A stretch of 64,000 nucleotides of DNA from positions 147,252,001 through 147,316,000 of the forward strand of contig NC_086097.1 of the NCBI RefSeq assembly GCF_963921235.1. Reading direction: 5' to 3'. Position 1 is the stretch's first letter. Each line of letters opens with the position of its first letter. A program made the translations under genes and the position numbers. Origin of the DNA: Mobula hypostoma. Lineage: Eukaryota. Shown here piece after piece: positions 51,960 to 64,000 of this stretch. The notes beneath the pieces are model-generated. The model was not told the origin of the DNA, did no database searches, and worked only from the letters and a program-made list of their open reading frames with translations.

Positions 51960-52947
51960 TCTCCGTAACTTCCGCCACCTCCAACGGGACACATCTTTCT
52001 AAGCACATCTTTCCCTCCCCCCCCTCTGCATTCCGCAGGGATCGCTCCCTACACAACTCCCTTGTCCATTTGTCCCCCCCATCCCTCCCCACTGATCTCC
52101 CTCCTGGCACTTATCCGTGTAAGCGGAACAAGTGCTACACATGCCCTTACACTTCCTCCTTTACCACCATTCAGGGCCCCAAACAGTCCTTCCAGGTGAG
52201 GCATCACTTCACCTGTGAGTCGACTGGGGTGATATACTGCGTCCGGTGCTCCCGATGTGGCCTTTTATATATTGGTGAGACCCGACGCAGACTGGGAGAC
52301 TGCTTTGCTGAACATCTACCCTCTGTCCACCAGAGAAAGCAGGATCTCCCAGTGGCCACACATTTTAATTCCACATCCCATTCCCATTCTGACATGTCTA
52401 TCCACGGCCTCCTCTACTGTAAAGATGAAGCCACACTCAGGTTGGAGGAACAACACCTTATATTCCGTCTGGGTAGCCTCCAACCTGATGGCATGAACAT
52501 TGACTTCTCTAACTTCCGCTAGGCCCCACCTCCCCCTCGTACCCCATCTGTTACTCATTTTTATATACACATTCTTTCTCTCACTCTCCTTTTTCTCCCT
52601 CTGTCCCCCTGAATATACCTCTTGCCCATCCTCTGGGTCACCCCCCCCCCGTCTTTCTTCCCGGACCTCCTGTCCCATGATCCTCTCGTATCCCCTTTTG
52701 CCTATCACCTGTCCAGCTCTCGGCTCTATCCCTCCCCCTCCTGTCTTCTCCTATCATTTTGCATCTCCCCCTCCTCCTCCAGCTTTCAAATCCCTTACTC
52801 ACTCTTCCTTCAGTTAGTCCTGACGAAGGGTCTTGGCCTGAAACGTCGACTGCACCTCTTCCTATAGATGCTGCTTGGCCTGCTGCGTTCACCAGCAACT
52901 TTGATGTATGTTGCTTGAATTTCCAGCATCTGCAGAATTCCGGTTGT
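51960..52947 (+). mobile_element. 5'-truncated Penelope-like element (GIY-YIG endonuclease + terminal repeat) inserted in L1 ORF2
   Basis: ORF 52070-52522: PC..NKCYTC...FTCESTGVIYCVRCSRCGLLYIGET.RRL..F.EH...RLEEQHLIFRLGSLQPDGMN. 15-bp TSD TAACAGAGGGATTAT at 51945-51959 and 52948-52962. Confidence 0.95.
52816..52851 (+). ncRNA. Minimal type I hammerhead ribozyme motif in the Penelope terminus
   Basis: AGTC-CTGACGA-A-GGGTC-TT-GGCCT-GAAA-C-GTC-GACT: stem I AGTC/GACT, CUGANGA and GAAA cores, stem II hairpin, and palindromic ACGT in place of stem III. Confidence 0.65.
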
Positions 52948-55900
52948 TAACAGAGGGATTATCTGTGAGGCATAAAAATAATTTCTCAGGCAAGGAAGAA
53001 CCATACCTCCTCCTTCCTTCCCTAACTGTAAGGTGTTATATCGAATTCTAGGTTTCTTTCCTTGCCAAATGAAGCGGGAAATCCATTTGTCCCATTCCCT
53101 GAATTGATTATCATCCACCTCCACCCGTAAAGTACGGAAAAGATACAATAACCGAGGAAGAATATTCATTTTTATAGTATTTATCCTTGAATTTAAACTT
53201 AAAAAGGGGATAAGATTCCATCTATGCATATCTGCTTTTATCTCTGAGATTAATGGCCAATAATTTACCTGTGACAGTGTTGAAAGATCCTTCGGCAGGG
53301 TTATTCCTAAATATTTTAATGATATAGCTTCCCACTTAAGATCGTATGTATCCTGCAATTTTTTGGATGGTGTATAATTTAGGGACATAACCTGCGTTTT
53401 CTTTACATTTATTTTATAACCTGATATTTTCCCAAAGTCATCCAACAGAGTAAACAATCCTATAAATGATTTTTCTGGTACACTCAGACCAAAACATCAT
53501 CTGCGAATAACGCCACTTTCTGTTCAATCCCTGCCACCTTGATACCTTTTACGATTTTGCTCTGTCTTATTAGTTGGGCAAGCGGTTCAATATATAGCGC
53601 AAAAAGGAGAGGAGAAATTGGGCATCCCTGTCTAGTGCCTCTCTCTAAGATGAAGGAGTCAGAGAGGTCCCCATTTATCTTAATTCGGGCTGTAGGGCTG
53701 TCATATAGAGTCTGAATTACTTTAATAAACTTTTCTTGAAAGCCGAATCTTCCTAACACTCTGTATAGGAATGCCCAACTAACCGAATCAAAAGCTTTCT
53801 CAGCATCCAATCCAACTACCATTGTCTCTGTCTTGTTCTTATTAACCTGTTCTAATATGTGCAGAGTTCTCCTTATGTTGTCCTGTGTTTGTCTTTGTTG
53901 AATAAATCCAGTCTGGTCTAAATGGATTAGGCCAGGTAAAAGCTTTTCCAATCTGCGCGCTAATATAGATGTAAATAGTTTGTAATCTAAATTAAGAACG
54001 CTAATCGGCCGATAATTGCCACATTCTAGTTTATCTTTACCCTCTTTAGGAATAACTGAAATAATCGCTTCTCTCCAGGAAGGTGGAGTCTCTCCTCTCT
54101 GCAAGATCCAATTAAAGGTGTTAAGTAGTAATGGGGCTAACTGTGTCTTCAGGGACTTGTACCACTCTGAGGTAAACCCATCAGAACCCGGGGACTTTCC
54201 AGCCTTTAACCTAGAGATGGCCACGTTCAGTTCTTTGACAGTTACTGGTTCTAATAAACTTTCATTTTGTAAATCTGTAAGTTTAGGTAGATCTAAAAAA
54301 TTCAATACACTGTCTATATAGGGTTCATTGGGGGCCTGGGGTTGGGAGTACAGCTCTCGATAATATGTTTCAAAACTCTCTTGAATTTTCCCTATTGTAC
54401 TCTCCACAAGCTTTGTCTTTGGAATCTTTATTTTATGAATTGTATTGTCTGTTTGCTGTTTTCGTAATTTATATGCTAATAATCTAGCTGATTTACCTCC
54501 TACTTCATAATTCTTTTGTCTCAGATAAAGAAAATTTCTTTGAGTTTCCAACGTATAAATATCGTCAATTTCACTTTGCAATTTCCTAATTTCCTGTTTT
54601 CGATTTGAATTACTTTTGTTGCTATCTACAACTTGAAGTTGTTTTAATTTTCCTTGAAGGTCTGCTAATTTTTGTGCATTGATTTTTTTCATGTGAGTGG
54701 TAATGGAAATAATTTTCCCTCTCAGTACAGCTTTCAATATATCCCATAAGATCACTGGTGATGTTTCTCCCGTGTCATTAAGGTCTAGATATTCTTTGAT
54801 TTCTCCCCTTAATCTCTCCATTACTTTCTGGTTATTGAGTATATGTGAGTTTAGCCTCCATAGTTTTTACCTCATTTTCCTTTCCAGGATTAGAGACATA
54901 GAGACTGGGCTATGATCCGACAGATCAATTGTTGCAATATTACAGTTTTTTATCCTAAGTCTAAATGTATTAAAGATAAAGAAATAGTCTATCCTTGAAT
55001 AGGCTGAATGAGGGAAAGAGTAATATGTATAATCTTTACTAGTAGGGTGTAATTCCCTCCAGACATCTATAATTCCCAACTCCTCCATCAATGAATTCAC
55101 TTTCCAAGTCAGAGGTTTATTCTGAGTAACTATTCTTGAAGAATCTAATATAGGATTTAATCTAATATTAAATTCCCCTCCACAAATTACTACCCCTTGA
55201 GAACTGACCATTAGGTCAAAAATGTGTCTATAAAATGACCATTCACTACCTGGAGGAGCATAAACATTCAGCAATGTTATTTCTGTACCTTCTATTCTTC
55301 CTGTGATTTTTACGAACTGTCCTTCTTTGTCTTTAGTCTCTGAAATATGTTCATAATTAAGAGTACTTGATATTAAAGTAGCTACCCCTCTTTTGTGACT
55401 CAATTTATATGATGAATAAAATACATGCTTAAAGCCCATTCTTTTTAATTTTCCATGTTCAGATTGGCTCATATGTGTTTCCTGGAGGAAAGCTATTTGT
55501 GCCCTCTCTTTTTTCAATTTAGACATAATCTTATTTCTTTTAATTGGATTCAAAACCCCATTAACATTATAGGAAATTATTTTTACAAATTCAGTTTGCA
55601 TTTTTCTCTAGTAGAAAAAAAACACTCTCCTTTTCTAACCAAACAGTAAGCAATCCCCTCTCAACAGTAAACCAAGACATATAACCACACCCTAGACATT
55701 TTTGAACGTGTAACATTTGAAAATTTTTCCCGACTTCTAACAGTGAGGCCTGAGCACCGACCCGCCTCAGTTCAGAGGGATAACCTCTATCTTCACCCTG
55801 TGCTAGAGGGCCCTCAGCAGTTTGAATAATCATAGAGAATTTTCTCCTAATTATGGTCTCGACCAAATTGCTATCATTCAAGTTATTCCTCCTAGTTTAT

Positions 55901-55964
55901 TTTCAGTTACCAGTTTTCATTTTACCTTTAAGTCCGATTTACTCTTTACAGTCATTTCTCTTAA

Positions 55965-56951
55965 TTAATCTGTGTTCTCTGTACATTCACGTCTGAATAT
56001 TTGCAGCTTTTCCTTGTAGTTTGACACTCTGGTTCGTGTGGAGCGTCCTCGCCCCACTGACTGCCACGACTTCTGCTGAATCCTCTCCAGTAGCGACTCC
56101 GGTTGGGTGATAACTTTAATAGGTAGTCCCCGGTCCGCCAGGTCCGATGTTGCCTCCTCTACCGTAGCGTAAGTTTTTGTCCCTTCGTCGTAAAAGACTC
56201 TCAGCCGAGCTGGATACAGGGTCTGGAATCTGATGTTGTTTTCCTTCAGGACTCTCCGTGTTTCCGTATATTCCTTCTGTCTGGCAAGAATCCCCAGTGC
56301 GTAGTCGTGGTCTAAACTGATTTTACAGTTGTTCCACATGAAACCTTTCTTTTTCCATGCCCTTTTAAGCACCTCTTCCTTCGTTCTGTAACTGAGAAAT
56401 CTGACCAGAATCGATCTGGGCTGGGCGCCTGCCAGAGGCTATGGTGCCAACGCGCGGTGACCCCTTTCTATCTGTAGGTCTTTTGCGGCCGGTATATCAA
56501 GGTTCTCTCTAAGTAGCTTCTCCACGAAGGGAATCATCAATCCAGGTTTACCTTCAGTTCCTTCGGGAACTCCGTAGATCCTCACATTTTCCCTTCTCGA
56601 GCGGCCTTCTTGATCTATTAGTTTCCACTGGAGCTGGTCTTGTAGCTTCAGCATTTCTGCTATCACCTTCTCTGCGTTTTGTAGCTTCTCTTCAATTCCA
56701 ACAATCCTCGCTTCGGCTTCATCTATCCGCGAGTTAGTTTTTACTATTTCTCCTTTAATATCTTCCAGCTGTTTGCTGTTATCTTGTCGGAACTCGCGAA
56801 TCTCTCCGAGAATCAAAGACAGAGTCACCGATTCCCCCTCATTATCTCCGTCCTGGCTTGCCGTGGGGGAGCTAGGCCTGTCGCCTTGCTGCGTCTCCTT
56901 ATGTTTATCAGCCTTCGGAGTGGACTTTTTAATCTTGTTCTTAGACATCAT
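55965..56951 (-). pseudogene. L1 ORF1 (coiled coil + RRM/CTD, transposase-22-like), one in-frame nonsense codon
   Basis: Motifs EARIVGIEE, EGRSRRENVRIYGVPEG.E, IERGHR and LYPARLRV. The two ORFs are in the same frame, separated by TAG at 56439-56441. Confidence 0.9.
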
Positions 56952-57087
56952 CCTTGCCCCTTTTATTAATATAGTTATGCAATATTATGTATTTGTCTAA
57001 ATTCGATTTTGGGGCAGTTTACCTTCTTTTTTGTCGAGAGACCTTTTCCTTACGCCGCCATTCCCTTGATGACCCGGAAGTCGCACC

Positions 57088-57480
57088 GAAGCACTGCCTC
57101 TTGAATGTTTCTTTGACAGTGCGCATGATACCCGTGACTGAGTTTGCTGAGTCTGCAATCTTCTGCAGCCTGTTGCATTCTTGTGCATTGGATCCTCCAC
57201 ACCAGGTTGTGATACAATCAGTCAGAATGGTTTCCACTGTATAGAAATGTGTTTATGTTTTTGGTGATACACCAGAACTCCTCAAACTCCTCATGAATTA
57301 GACCTCTGGCATGTTGTCTTCATCATTGCATCAATGAATTGGGCACATGACAGATCCTCTGAGATGTTGACATCCCGGAAGTTAAAGCTGCTCTTTCTGC
57401 CACTTTCCCTAACTTCTTCCTGAAATCCACAACCAGTTCCTTGGACTTGTGGCATTAATTGCAAGGTTCTTGTTACAACA
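57088..57480 (-). mobile_element. Rex/Babar-type LINE remnant that hosts the L1 (continues at about 50140-50255)
   Basis: METILTDCITTWCGGSNAQECNRLQKIADSA on one side of the L1 and (ALITE)DLTIW/HLGHAFF-type sequence on the other. The TSD lies within it. Confidence 0.8.
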
Positions 57481-57920
57481 CCATTCACCACATGACCATT
57501 AAACAAGTTGTTCAGTGGTCGCATTGGACCCTGCCTATGACACGATCTCAGCTGTACTTCAACAAGGAATGAACAAATGCATTTCACAGATGATCACAGT
57601 GGAGAATGTAAGAACAGCACCTGGATTCACCATCTTATTTATTCCTGGAACATTTTCTAGGTGCCATAAGAACAAAAGGAATTAATTTTCCAAGCAATGA
57701 GGGGGAAAAAAAACATACTACTATCACTTGGAAGGTCTGATTTGATACTGCAGAGGAAGAAAAAAATGATTTTGAAATGCAGAACAGAAAGTGGTTTAAT
57801 GACCTACGCAGTTCAGGAAGTACTAGTACATTAACTAAATCATACATGTCCGTGATTTAATCACACGCCTCATCATTCTGCCCTGCCGTGCTCATAGACT
57901 TCAATCCGTGCACCCACGGG

Positions 57921-58525
57921 AGGAGAAGATGGCGGTGCGCCTGTGTGTGCACAGCCCTCCGGTGAAAAATGATATCGTATCTGTTAAATAGGGGCCATGG
58001 ACAATTCTGATTTGATGGAGAATGGATGTGAAAGCACAGAGGAACATCTGGAGAAATTTCTGAAACGCCTGTTCGCTGCTGTCGTTACTGTGTGGACGGG
58101 AATCTTTCCAGGGGTAGGCCTCAAAATCCCCGGCCTTGCCTACTTTTGGCGACCAAGAAGGGGGTCAAATCGTTCAGACAGAGATGGCGCTCAGTACTCG
58201 GTGTCAGGAGCTGATCAGAGATCGAAGTTTTTGGATAACTCAGAGTCGGATTGTGGTCGGCATGGCAGGGAGAGTTTTTCTTCCTTCTCCTGTCTGTGTG
58301 AGATGTGGAACATTTGAGAAACGTTGAACTTTACTGTGCTCATGGACTTCTTCATCAAGTTATGGTATTGTTACACTGTTTGTAACTATATGGTATAAAT
58401 ATGTGGTTTTGTCAGTTTTTTCAGTCTTGGTTTGTCCTGTGTTTTGTGATATCACACCGGAGGAAATAATGTATCATTTAATGCGTGCATTACTAAATGA
58501 CAATTATGTCTTCATAATCATCATC
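57921..58525 (+). mobile_element. About 600-bp CpG-rich non-autonomous retroelement, apparently with its 5' end
   Basis: Starts GGAGAAGATGGCGG, ends AAATGACAAT...(ATC)n and is homologous to 24490-25068. Confidence 0.65.
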
Positions 58526-58744
58526 AACTTTCAGCAGCACCCAATATTGATTTCATGTTCACTTCCCATCTGACTATCTATCATTGACACTTATCCCAGT
58601 CTTTATTCAATGAAGCACATCTGCCTTTCTTTGTCACACTTATCATTAGGATTTCACTTGCAAGTATGATTTTCCCTGTTGGAGGAGAAGAAAAAACAAA
58701 CTGAAAAGACAAGGGAGGGACAAGAAAATATGGGTTATGGGGTT

Positions 58745-60760
58745 ACAGGAACAACTAGAGTCATTGAGAAGGACAGCACAGAAGAACACCCATTGGCCCA
58801 TCTAGTCCATGCCAAAAACCATTTAAACTGCCTACTTCCACTGACCTGCACAGGAACTATAGACCTCCATACCCCTACCATCCATGTGCCTTTACAAACT
58901 TCTCTTAGATGTTGAAATTGAGCTCACATTCATTGTTTGTGCTGGCATTTCAGTCCACACTCCTATGACACTCTGAGTGAAGAGGTTTCCCCTCACATTC
59001 TCCTTAAACTTTTCACCTTTCACTCTTAACCCACAACCTCTGGTTGTAGTCCACCAAACATCAGTGGAAAAAAGCCTGCTTATATTACCCTATCTATGTC
59101 CCTCATAATTTTGTATACCTCTATCAAATCTCCCCTCAATCTTCTAATTCTAAAGAATATAGTCCTAACCTACTCAATCTTTCCTTGTAGCTCAGATCCT
59201 CCAGACCAGCAATATCCTTGTTAATTTTCTCTGCATTCTTTCAACCTTGTTTACATCTTTCCTGTACGTAGGTGACCAAAACTGCACACAATAGTCCAAA
59301 TTATATCTCACCAATGTCTTATGCAACTTCAACATTATATCTCATCTACTGTACTCAGTATATTGATTTATGAAGACCAATGTGCCAAAAGCTTTCTTCA
59401 CAATCCTATCTAGCTGTGACATCTTCTTCATCAAAATATGGACCTGTATTCCCAGATCCCTTTGTTCTACCACACTCCTCAGTGCCCTACCGCTCATTGT
59501 GTAATACCAACCCTGGTTGGTCCTACTGAAGTGCAAAACCTCACACTTGCCTGTATTAAAATCCATCTGTAATTTTTCAGTGCATTTTTCCGGCTGATGC
59601 AGATCCCTCTGCAAGCCATGACAGCCTTCCTTACTGTCCATTACACCCAAAATTTTTGGATCATCCACAAATTTGTTGATCGAGTTAATCAGATTATATC
59701 CAGATTATTGATATAGATGACAAATGACAAAGGACCCAGCACTGCTTTCTGCGGCTCACCACCAGACACAGGCCTCCAGTCAGAGAAGCAACTATCTACT
59801 ACCTCTCTCTGGCTTATCTCACAAAGTCAATGTCTAATCCATCTTGATGCCAAGTGACTGACCCTTCTTGACCAACATCCCATACGGGACCTTGTCAAGT
59901 GCCTTGCTGAAGTCCATATAGACACCATCCATTGCCTTGTATTCATCCACTTTCCTGGTAACTTCCTCAATAAACTCTACAAGATTGGTTAGACATGTCC
60001 TACCACACAGGAAGCCATGCTGACTATCCTTGATCAGTCCATATCTATCCAAATACTTATATATTTGGTCCCTAAGAATATCTTAAAACAAAAGATGTCA
60101 GACACATGGGCCCATTTCTAGATTTATGTTTAGAGACTTTTTTAAACAACTGAACACAATTGGCTATCCTCCAACAGTCTGGCACCTCTCCTGTCACTAA
60201 GGATGACTTAAATATCTCTGCTAGGGCCCCAGAAATTTCTGCACTTGCTTTCCATAGGGTCCAAGGGAACACTTTGTTAAGCCCTGGGAATTTATTCTCC
60301 CTGATTTGTCTCAGGGTAGCAAACACCTCCTCCTCTATAATCTGTACAGGGTCCATGAAGTTGATGCCACTTTGCCCCACTTCTATAGACTCTGTGTCCA
60401 TCTCCTGAGTAAATACAGATGCAAAAAACTTTATTTAAGTTCTTCCCCATCTGTTTTGGCCCAAACACATGGATTACTATTTTGGTCATCCAGAGTACCA
60501 ACTTTGTCCCTTGCAATCCTTTTGCTCGTAACATATCTGGAGAATCTCTTAGGATTTTCCATCACCTTGTCTGCTAGAGCAACTTTTAGCCCTCCTGATT
60601 TCTTTTCTTAAGTGTTCTCTTCCATTTGTTATACTCCAAAAGTACCCCATTTGCTCCTAACTGCCTGAACCTGCTATGCACCTCCTTTATTTCTCTTAAC
60701 TAAGGCCTCAATATCTCTTGAAAACTAAAGTTCCCTACATTTTATTCTGCACGGCCCTGT
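58745..60760 (-). mobile_element. CR1 LINE ORF2 (RT) fragment to 3' end
   Basis: GLIKDSQHGF..GRTCLTNLVEF.EEVT, DFSKA.DKVP, MDD.KI.G, KCEVLHF, QRDLGIQVH. Confidence 0.92.
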
Positions 60761-60824
60761 ATACACAAATTCTCCTCAGTGTCATAGACTGACACTGGAG
60801 CCGAAACATTGAAGATGGCAAGAG

Positions 60825-61228
60825 TGCTGACGAAGGGTCTCGGCCTGAAACGTCGTCTGTACCACTTCCTAGAGATGCTGCCTGGCCTGCTGCGTTCACC
60901 AGCAACTTTTATGTGTGTTGCTTGAATTTCCAGCATCTGCAGAATTCCTGTTGCTTGGGAAGAGGTTTAGTCCAGGTAGTTGTGAGAGTCAGTGGGTTTA
61001 TAATAGACATCAGTAGATAAGCTGTCTCCAGAGACAGAAAAAGGGGAGGGAGATGTCAGAAATGGACCAGGTAAATTTGAGGGCAGGATGGAAGTTGGAG
61101 GCAAAGCTAATGAAGCCAATGAGCTCTGCATGGGTGTAGGAAGCAGCACAAATGCAGTCATCGATGTAGCATAGGAAAAGTGGGGGAGTGACACCAGTGT
61201 AGGCTTGGAATGTAAACTGTTCATGATG
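60825..61228. mobile_element. Penelope-like pieces: sense terminus (60825-about 60955) and antisense RT fragment (about 60960-61228)
   Basis: The terminus is near-identical to 52820-52945. Minus-strand peptide LFLCYIDDCICAAS..FHPALKFTW..YKPTDSHNYLD. Confidence 0.85.
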
Positions 61229-61887
61229 CATCCCAGGCGGCTTCAAGTAAGAAGAAGCAGTCTGCTCAAATCCTTGATCTGACGACTGAGGTTTACGTTG
61301 TCTGGGTTATGTTATCTATGGTTCTGGCAAAGACGCTATCATTTGCACCATTACTCAACCAATGAGCTGCTCACATGCCTGACTGAGATCAATGACATTG
61401 TCAGATTACAGATAATATAATAATTACTATTCTACCTGAGCCACAGACATTTTGGTATCAAAAGTGAGCATGTTGGCTTTCAGTGTTTTCATAGATTCAA
61501 GTAAAAATAAAAATTCCCTTGAAGCTCCATTAAAGTGAGATTTTCTGTGCCATATTTACCGATCCTATCTATTTACTAGAAACCGAGTTGGACTCGTCAT
61601 TTCTGATTGGAAGGCTGATGATCTTGGGTTTCTTCATTTGTACCTAGCTAAGCAGATCTGGGAAGTTGGATCTTCCAAATTATCTGCGCATTCTCACTTG
61701 CAACTCATTACATTGTTAGTATCTATGCAGGTATTTGTCTATACCTTTTGTAATAGAGCAACCTTGAATTTAAAGTCGAGATCTGAGAAAAAGTCTTAAA
61801 TTATTTCCAGAAAATTGTGGTGGAGAAAAGGATATGTCTGAAAGTGCATGGAATAAGAATAAAAGATTAGGGATAGAAGATTAAGGA

Positions 61888-62036
61888 TAGCTGAAGCTTC
61901 TAAAAATACACATTAAGGAGTTGGAGCTGGAACTGGATGAACTCTGGATCATTCGGGAGATGGAAGGGGTGATAGACAGGAGTTCATCCAGTTCCAGCTC
62001 CAACTGCTTAATGTGGATTTTTTTAAGTTTCTGCTA
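61888..62036. repeat. Inverted repeat at the 5' end of a CR1 fragment
   Basis: CACATTAAGGAGTTGGAGCTGGAACTGGATGAACTC ... GAGTTCATCCAGTTCCAGCTCCAACTGCTTAATGTG (one mismatch), extending imperfectly outward. Confidence 0.9.
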
Positions 62037-62039
62037 ATG

Positions 62040-63012
62040 CTGCATGGTGGGGTTTAAGTTAGAGTTTCATGGGAAGGGGACCACAGTGCCAGAACAGATA
62101 GTGGAGAGGTTATGGAGAAAGATGTTGGTCAGACCTCAGACAAAGTCAGGAATCAGAAGGTTGAGCATGGTGTGACTAGTGTCCTGAGCTGTGTAAACTT
62201 CAATGTAAGAAGTATCATAGGAATGACAGATGAGGCCAGGGCATGGATCAACACCTGGAATTATGCACATTGGAGCCATTAGTGAGACTTGGTTGCAGGA
62301 CTGGCAGCTCAGTATTCCTGGCTTCCATTGTTTTAGATATTGCAGAGTGGAAGGGATCAAAGGAAGAGTTGTGACGTTACTCGTCAGGGAAAATGTCATG
62401 ACAGTGGTCCGTAAGAACAGACTGGAGAACTCGTCGAGCGAGGTGTTATGCTGGAACAGAGAAATAAGTAAGGTATGACCACATTAATGGGGCTATATTA
62501 CAGACCACCCAACAGTCCTGGGGATTTAAAGGAACAAGTTTGTAAAGAGATCATATGCTGTTGCAAGAAACATAAGGTTGTTATAGTAGGTGATTTTAAC
62601 TTTCCACATATTGACTGGGATTCTCATACTGTAACAGGATGAGATGGGATAAAGTTTGTCAAATGTGTTCAGGAAAATTTCTGTTGTTGGTACGTAGAAT
62701 TTACAATTAGAGAGCATGTGATACTGGATCTGCTATTAGGGAATGAGACAGGGCAGGTGACTGAAGTTTGTTTAGAGGAATACTGTGCATCTAGTGACCA
62801 CAATGCCATTAGTTTCAAAGTAAACATGCAAAAAGATAGGTCTGATCTGCGGGTTGAGATTCCAAATTGGAGTAAGGCCAATTTTAATGGTATCAGAAAT
62901 TACCTGGGAGGTGTGGATTGGGACGGGCTGTTTCCTGGCAAAGGAGTACTTGGAAAGTAGGATGCCTTCAAAAGTGAAATTTTGAGAGTACAAAGCATGT
63001 AATGTGCCTGCC
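62040..63012 (+). mobile_element. CR1 LINE ORF2 endonuclease region, degenerate
   Basis: APE motifs AISETWL, LYYRPPN, VIVGDFNFPHIDW, LDLLLGNE and SDHNAI. Confidence 0.9.
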
Positions 63013-63802
63013 AAAGGTTCAATAGTTCTATTTAATATCAGAGATTGTGTGCAAAATGCAACCTGAAATTCTTACTCTTCACAGACATCCTCAAAGAACA
63101 TCCCAAAGAATGAATGGCAGAAAAAAACATAAGAACAAAAGCCCCTGTCCCTCTTCCACACACAAGCAGCGACAAGCAACATCAAACTTCCTCCCGCCCC
63201 CCACTTATTATAGCATAAAGTATCAACATTCCCAGCACCCACCATGCCAGCAACTGCAAAGTCCCCAAAGAGAGACCATGGTCTACAGTACATCAAAAAC
63301 TAACCATTCACTCCAATATTTAGACATCCATCAGGCTCTCTCTCTCTCACACACAAACAAGTGAGAGGGAGATATCATTCCTTCCACAGCAAGCAGAGAG
63401 ACAACAAGCACTATTTTGATGCTATAGTCATTGTGAAGCATTGCTTTATATTCTGAGTTCCACAACTCGAGAATAGGCAGAAAACTCTTCCTCACCATTG
63501 GGAGAGAGAGAGAGAGAGAAAGAGAGGTGTTCTCAATTATCTTCAGCCATACCTACTTGTTTCCTATACTCTTGGTCTCATGCCCTCTCTCAGAAACAGC
63601 CTGTCTTGTTCTCTCCTTCAACCCCACCAAGCTTCCACATTCAGCAGATTGTCCATCATGACTTCTTTAATGTTCTTATTCCAGCTTCCTCTGCTTTGTC
63701 AGATTTTCTGTAATATTTTCTCTCCTTACTGTTCAAATTGCCTGAATCCATCTTTTCCATCCATAATTGTTATCACAATAATACTGGAAAGGCCTCCAAC
63801 AG

Positions 63803-64000
63803 CCAGTCCTGACGAAGAGTCTCTGCCTGAAACGTCGTCTGTACCTCTTCCTAGAGATGCTGCCTGGCCTGCTGCATTCACCAGCAACTTTGATGTGTGT
63901 TGCTTATACCTCTCCCCACCCTGTTACTTGTAAAAATGCCATCCTTTTCTCTCAATTCCTCCATCCCCACCCCATCTGCTCTCGGGATGAGGCTTTGCAT
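63803..64000 (+). mobile_element. Penelope terminus plus RT-region fragment
   Basis: AGTCCTGACGAAGAGTCTCTGCCTGAAACGTC...CAGCAACTTTGATGTGTGTTGCTT, followed by sequence matching 12810-12900. Confidence 0.8.

Larger units (their letters stand above)
50814..55601 (-). pseudogene. L1 ORF2 (APE endonuclease + RT + C-terminal CCHC), disrupted
   Basis: SYNVNG, LQETH, NVYAP, SRIDYFF, SDHSPV; KSPGSDG, YRPISVLN.DYK, DAEKAFD, GTRQGCPISPLLF, FADD; CWRRCG..YFHIFWDC. Lesions: in-frame stop at 54867, frameshift near 53480, and the Penelope insertion 51960-52947. Confidence 0.95.
50256..57087 (-). mobile_element. Full-length L1-clade LINE (5'UTR, ORF1, ORF2, 3'UTR, poly-A)
   Basis: 15-bp TSD GAAGCACTGCCTCTT at 50241-50255 and 57088-57102. 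Poly-T on the plus strand at about 50254-50264. The 5' end reads GACTTCCGG...ATGGCG. Confidence 0.95.

Noticed and set aside
50814..51992. Independent 392-aa gene
   Set aside because: It is the C-terminal part of L1 ORF2. Its apparent start comes from the antisense of the inserted Penelope element.

Overview
Repeat-dense eukaryotic non-genic (intergenic or intronic) DNA. The repeat landscape (abundant CR1, Rex/Babar-type and L2 LINEs, Penelope-like elements, V-type/tRNA SINEs, Tc1) suggests a cartilaginous fish; this is an inference. I recognise no intact host protein-coding gene. Main contents: (1) a non-autonomous Gypsy-type LTR retrotransposon family. Two copies (27292-29300 with a TTAAC TSD, and about 37738-39955) have the RT/RNaseH/integrase region replaced by an intron-less captured fragment of the splicing factor RBM25 (RRM domain). 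A third relative (about 4104-5195) keeps integrase sequence and lacks the cargo. (2) A full-length, young L1-clade LINE (50256-57087, minus strand, 15-bp TSD) inserted in an older Rex-type LINE and itself interrupted by a Penelope element. (3) Many Penelope-like copies with inverted terminal structures and a minimal hammerhead-ribozyme motif. (4) Numerous degenerate CR1, L2, Rex, SINE and Tc1 fragments, microsatellites and two fold-back hairpins. Coordinates of degenerate repeats are approximate.
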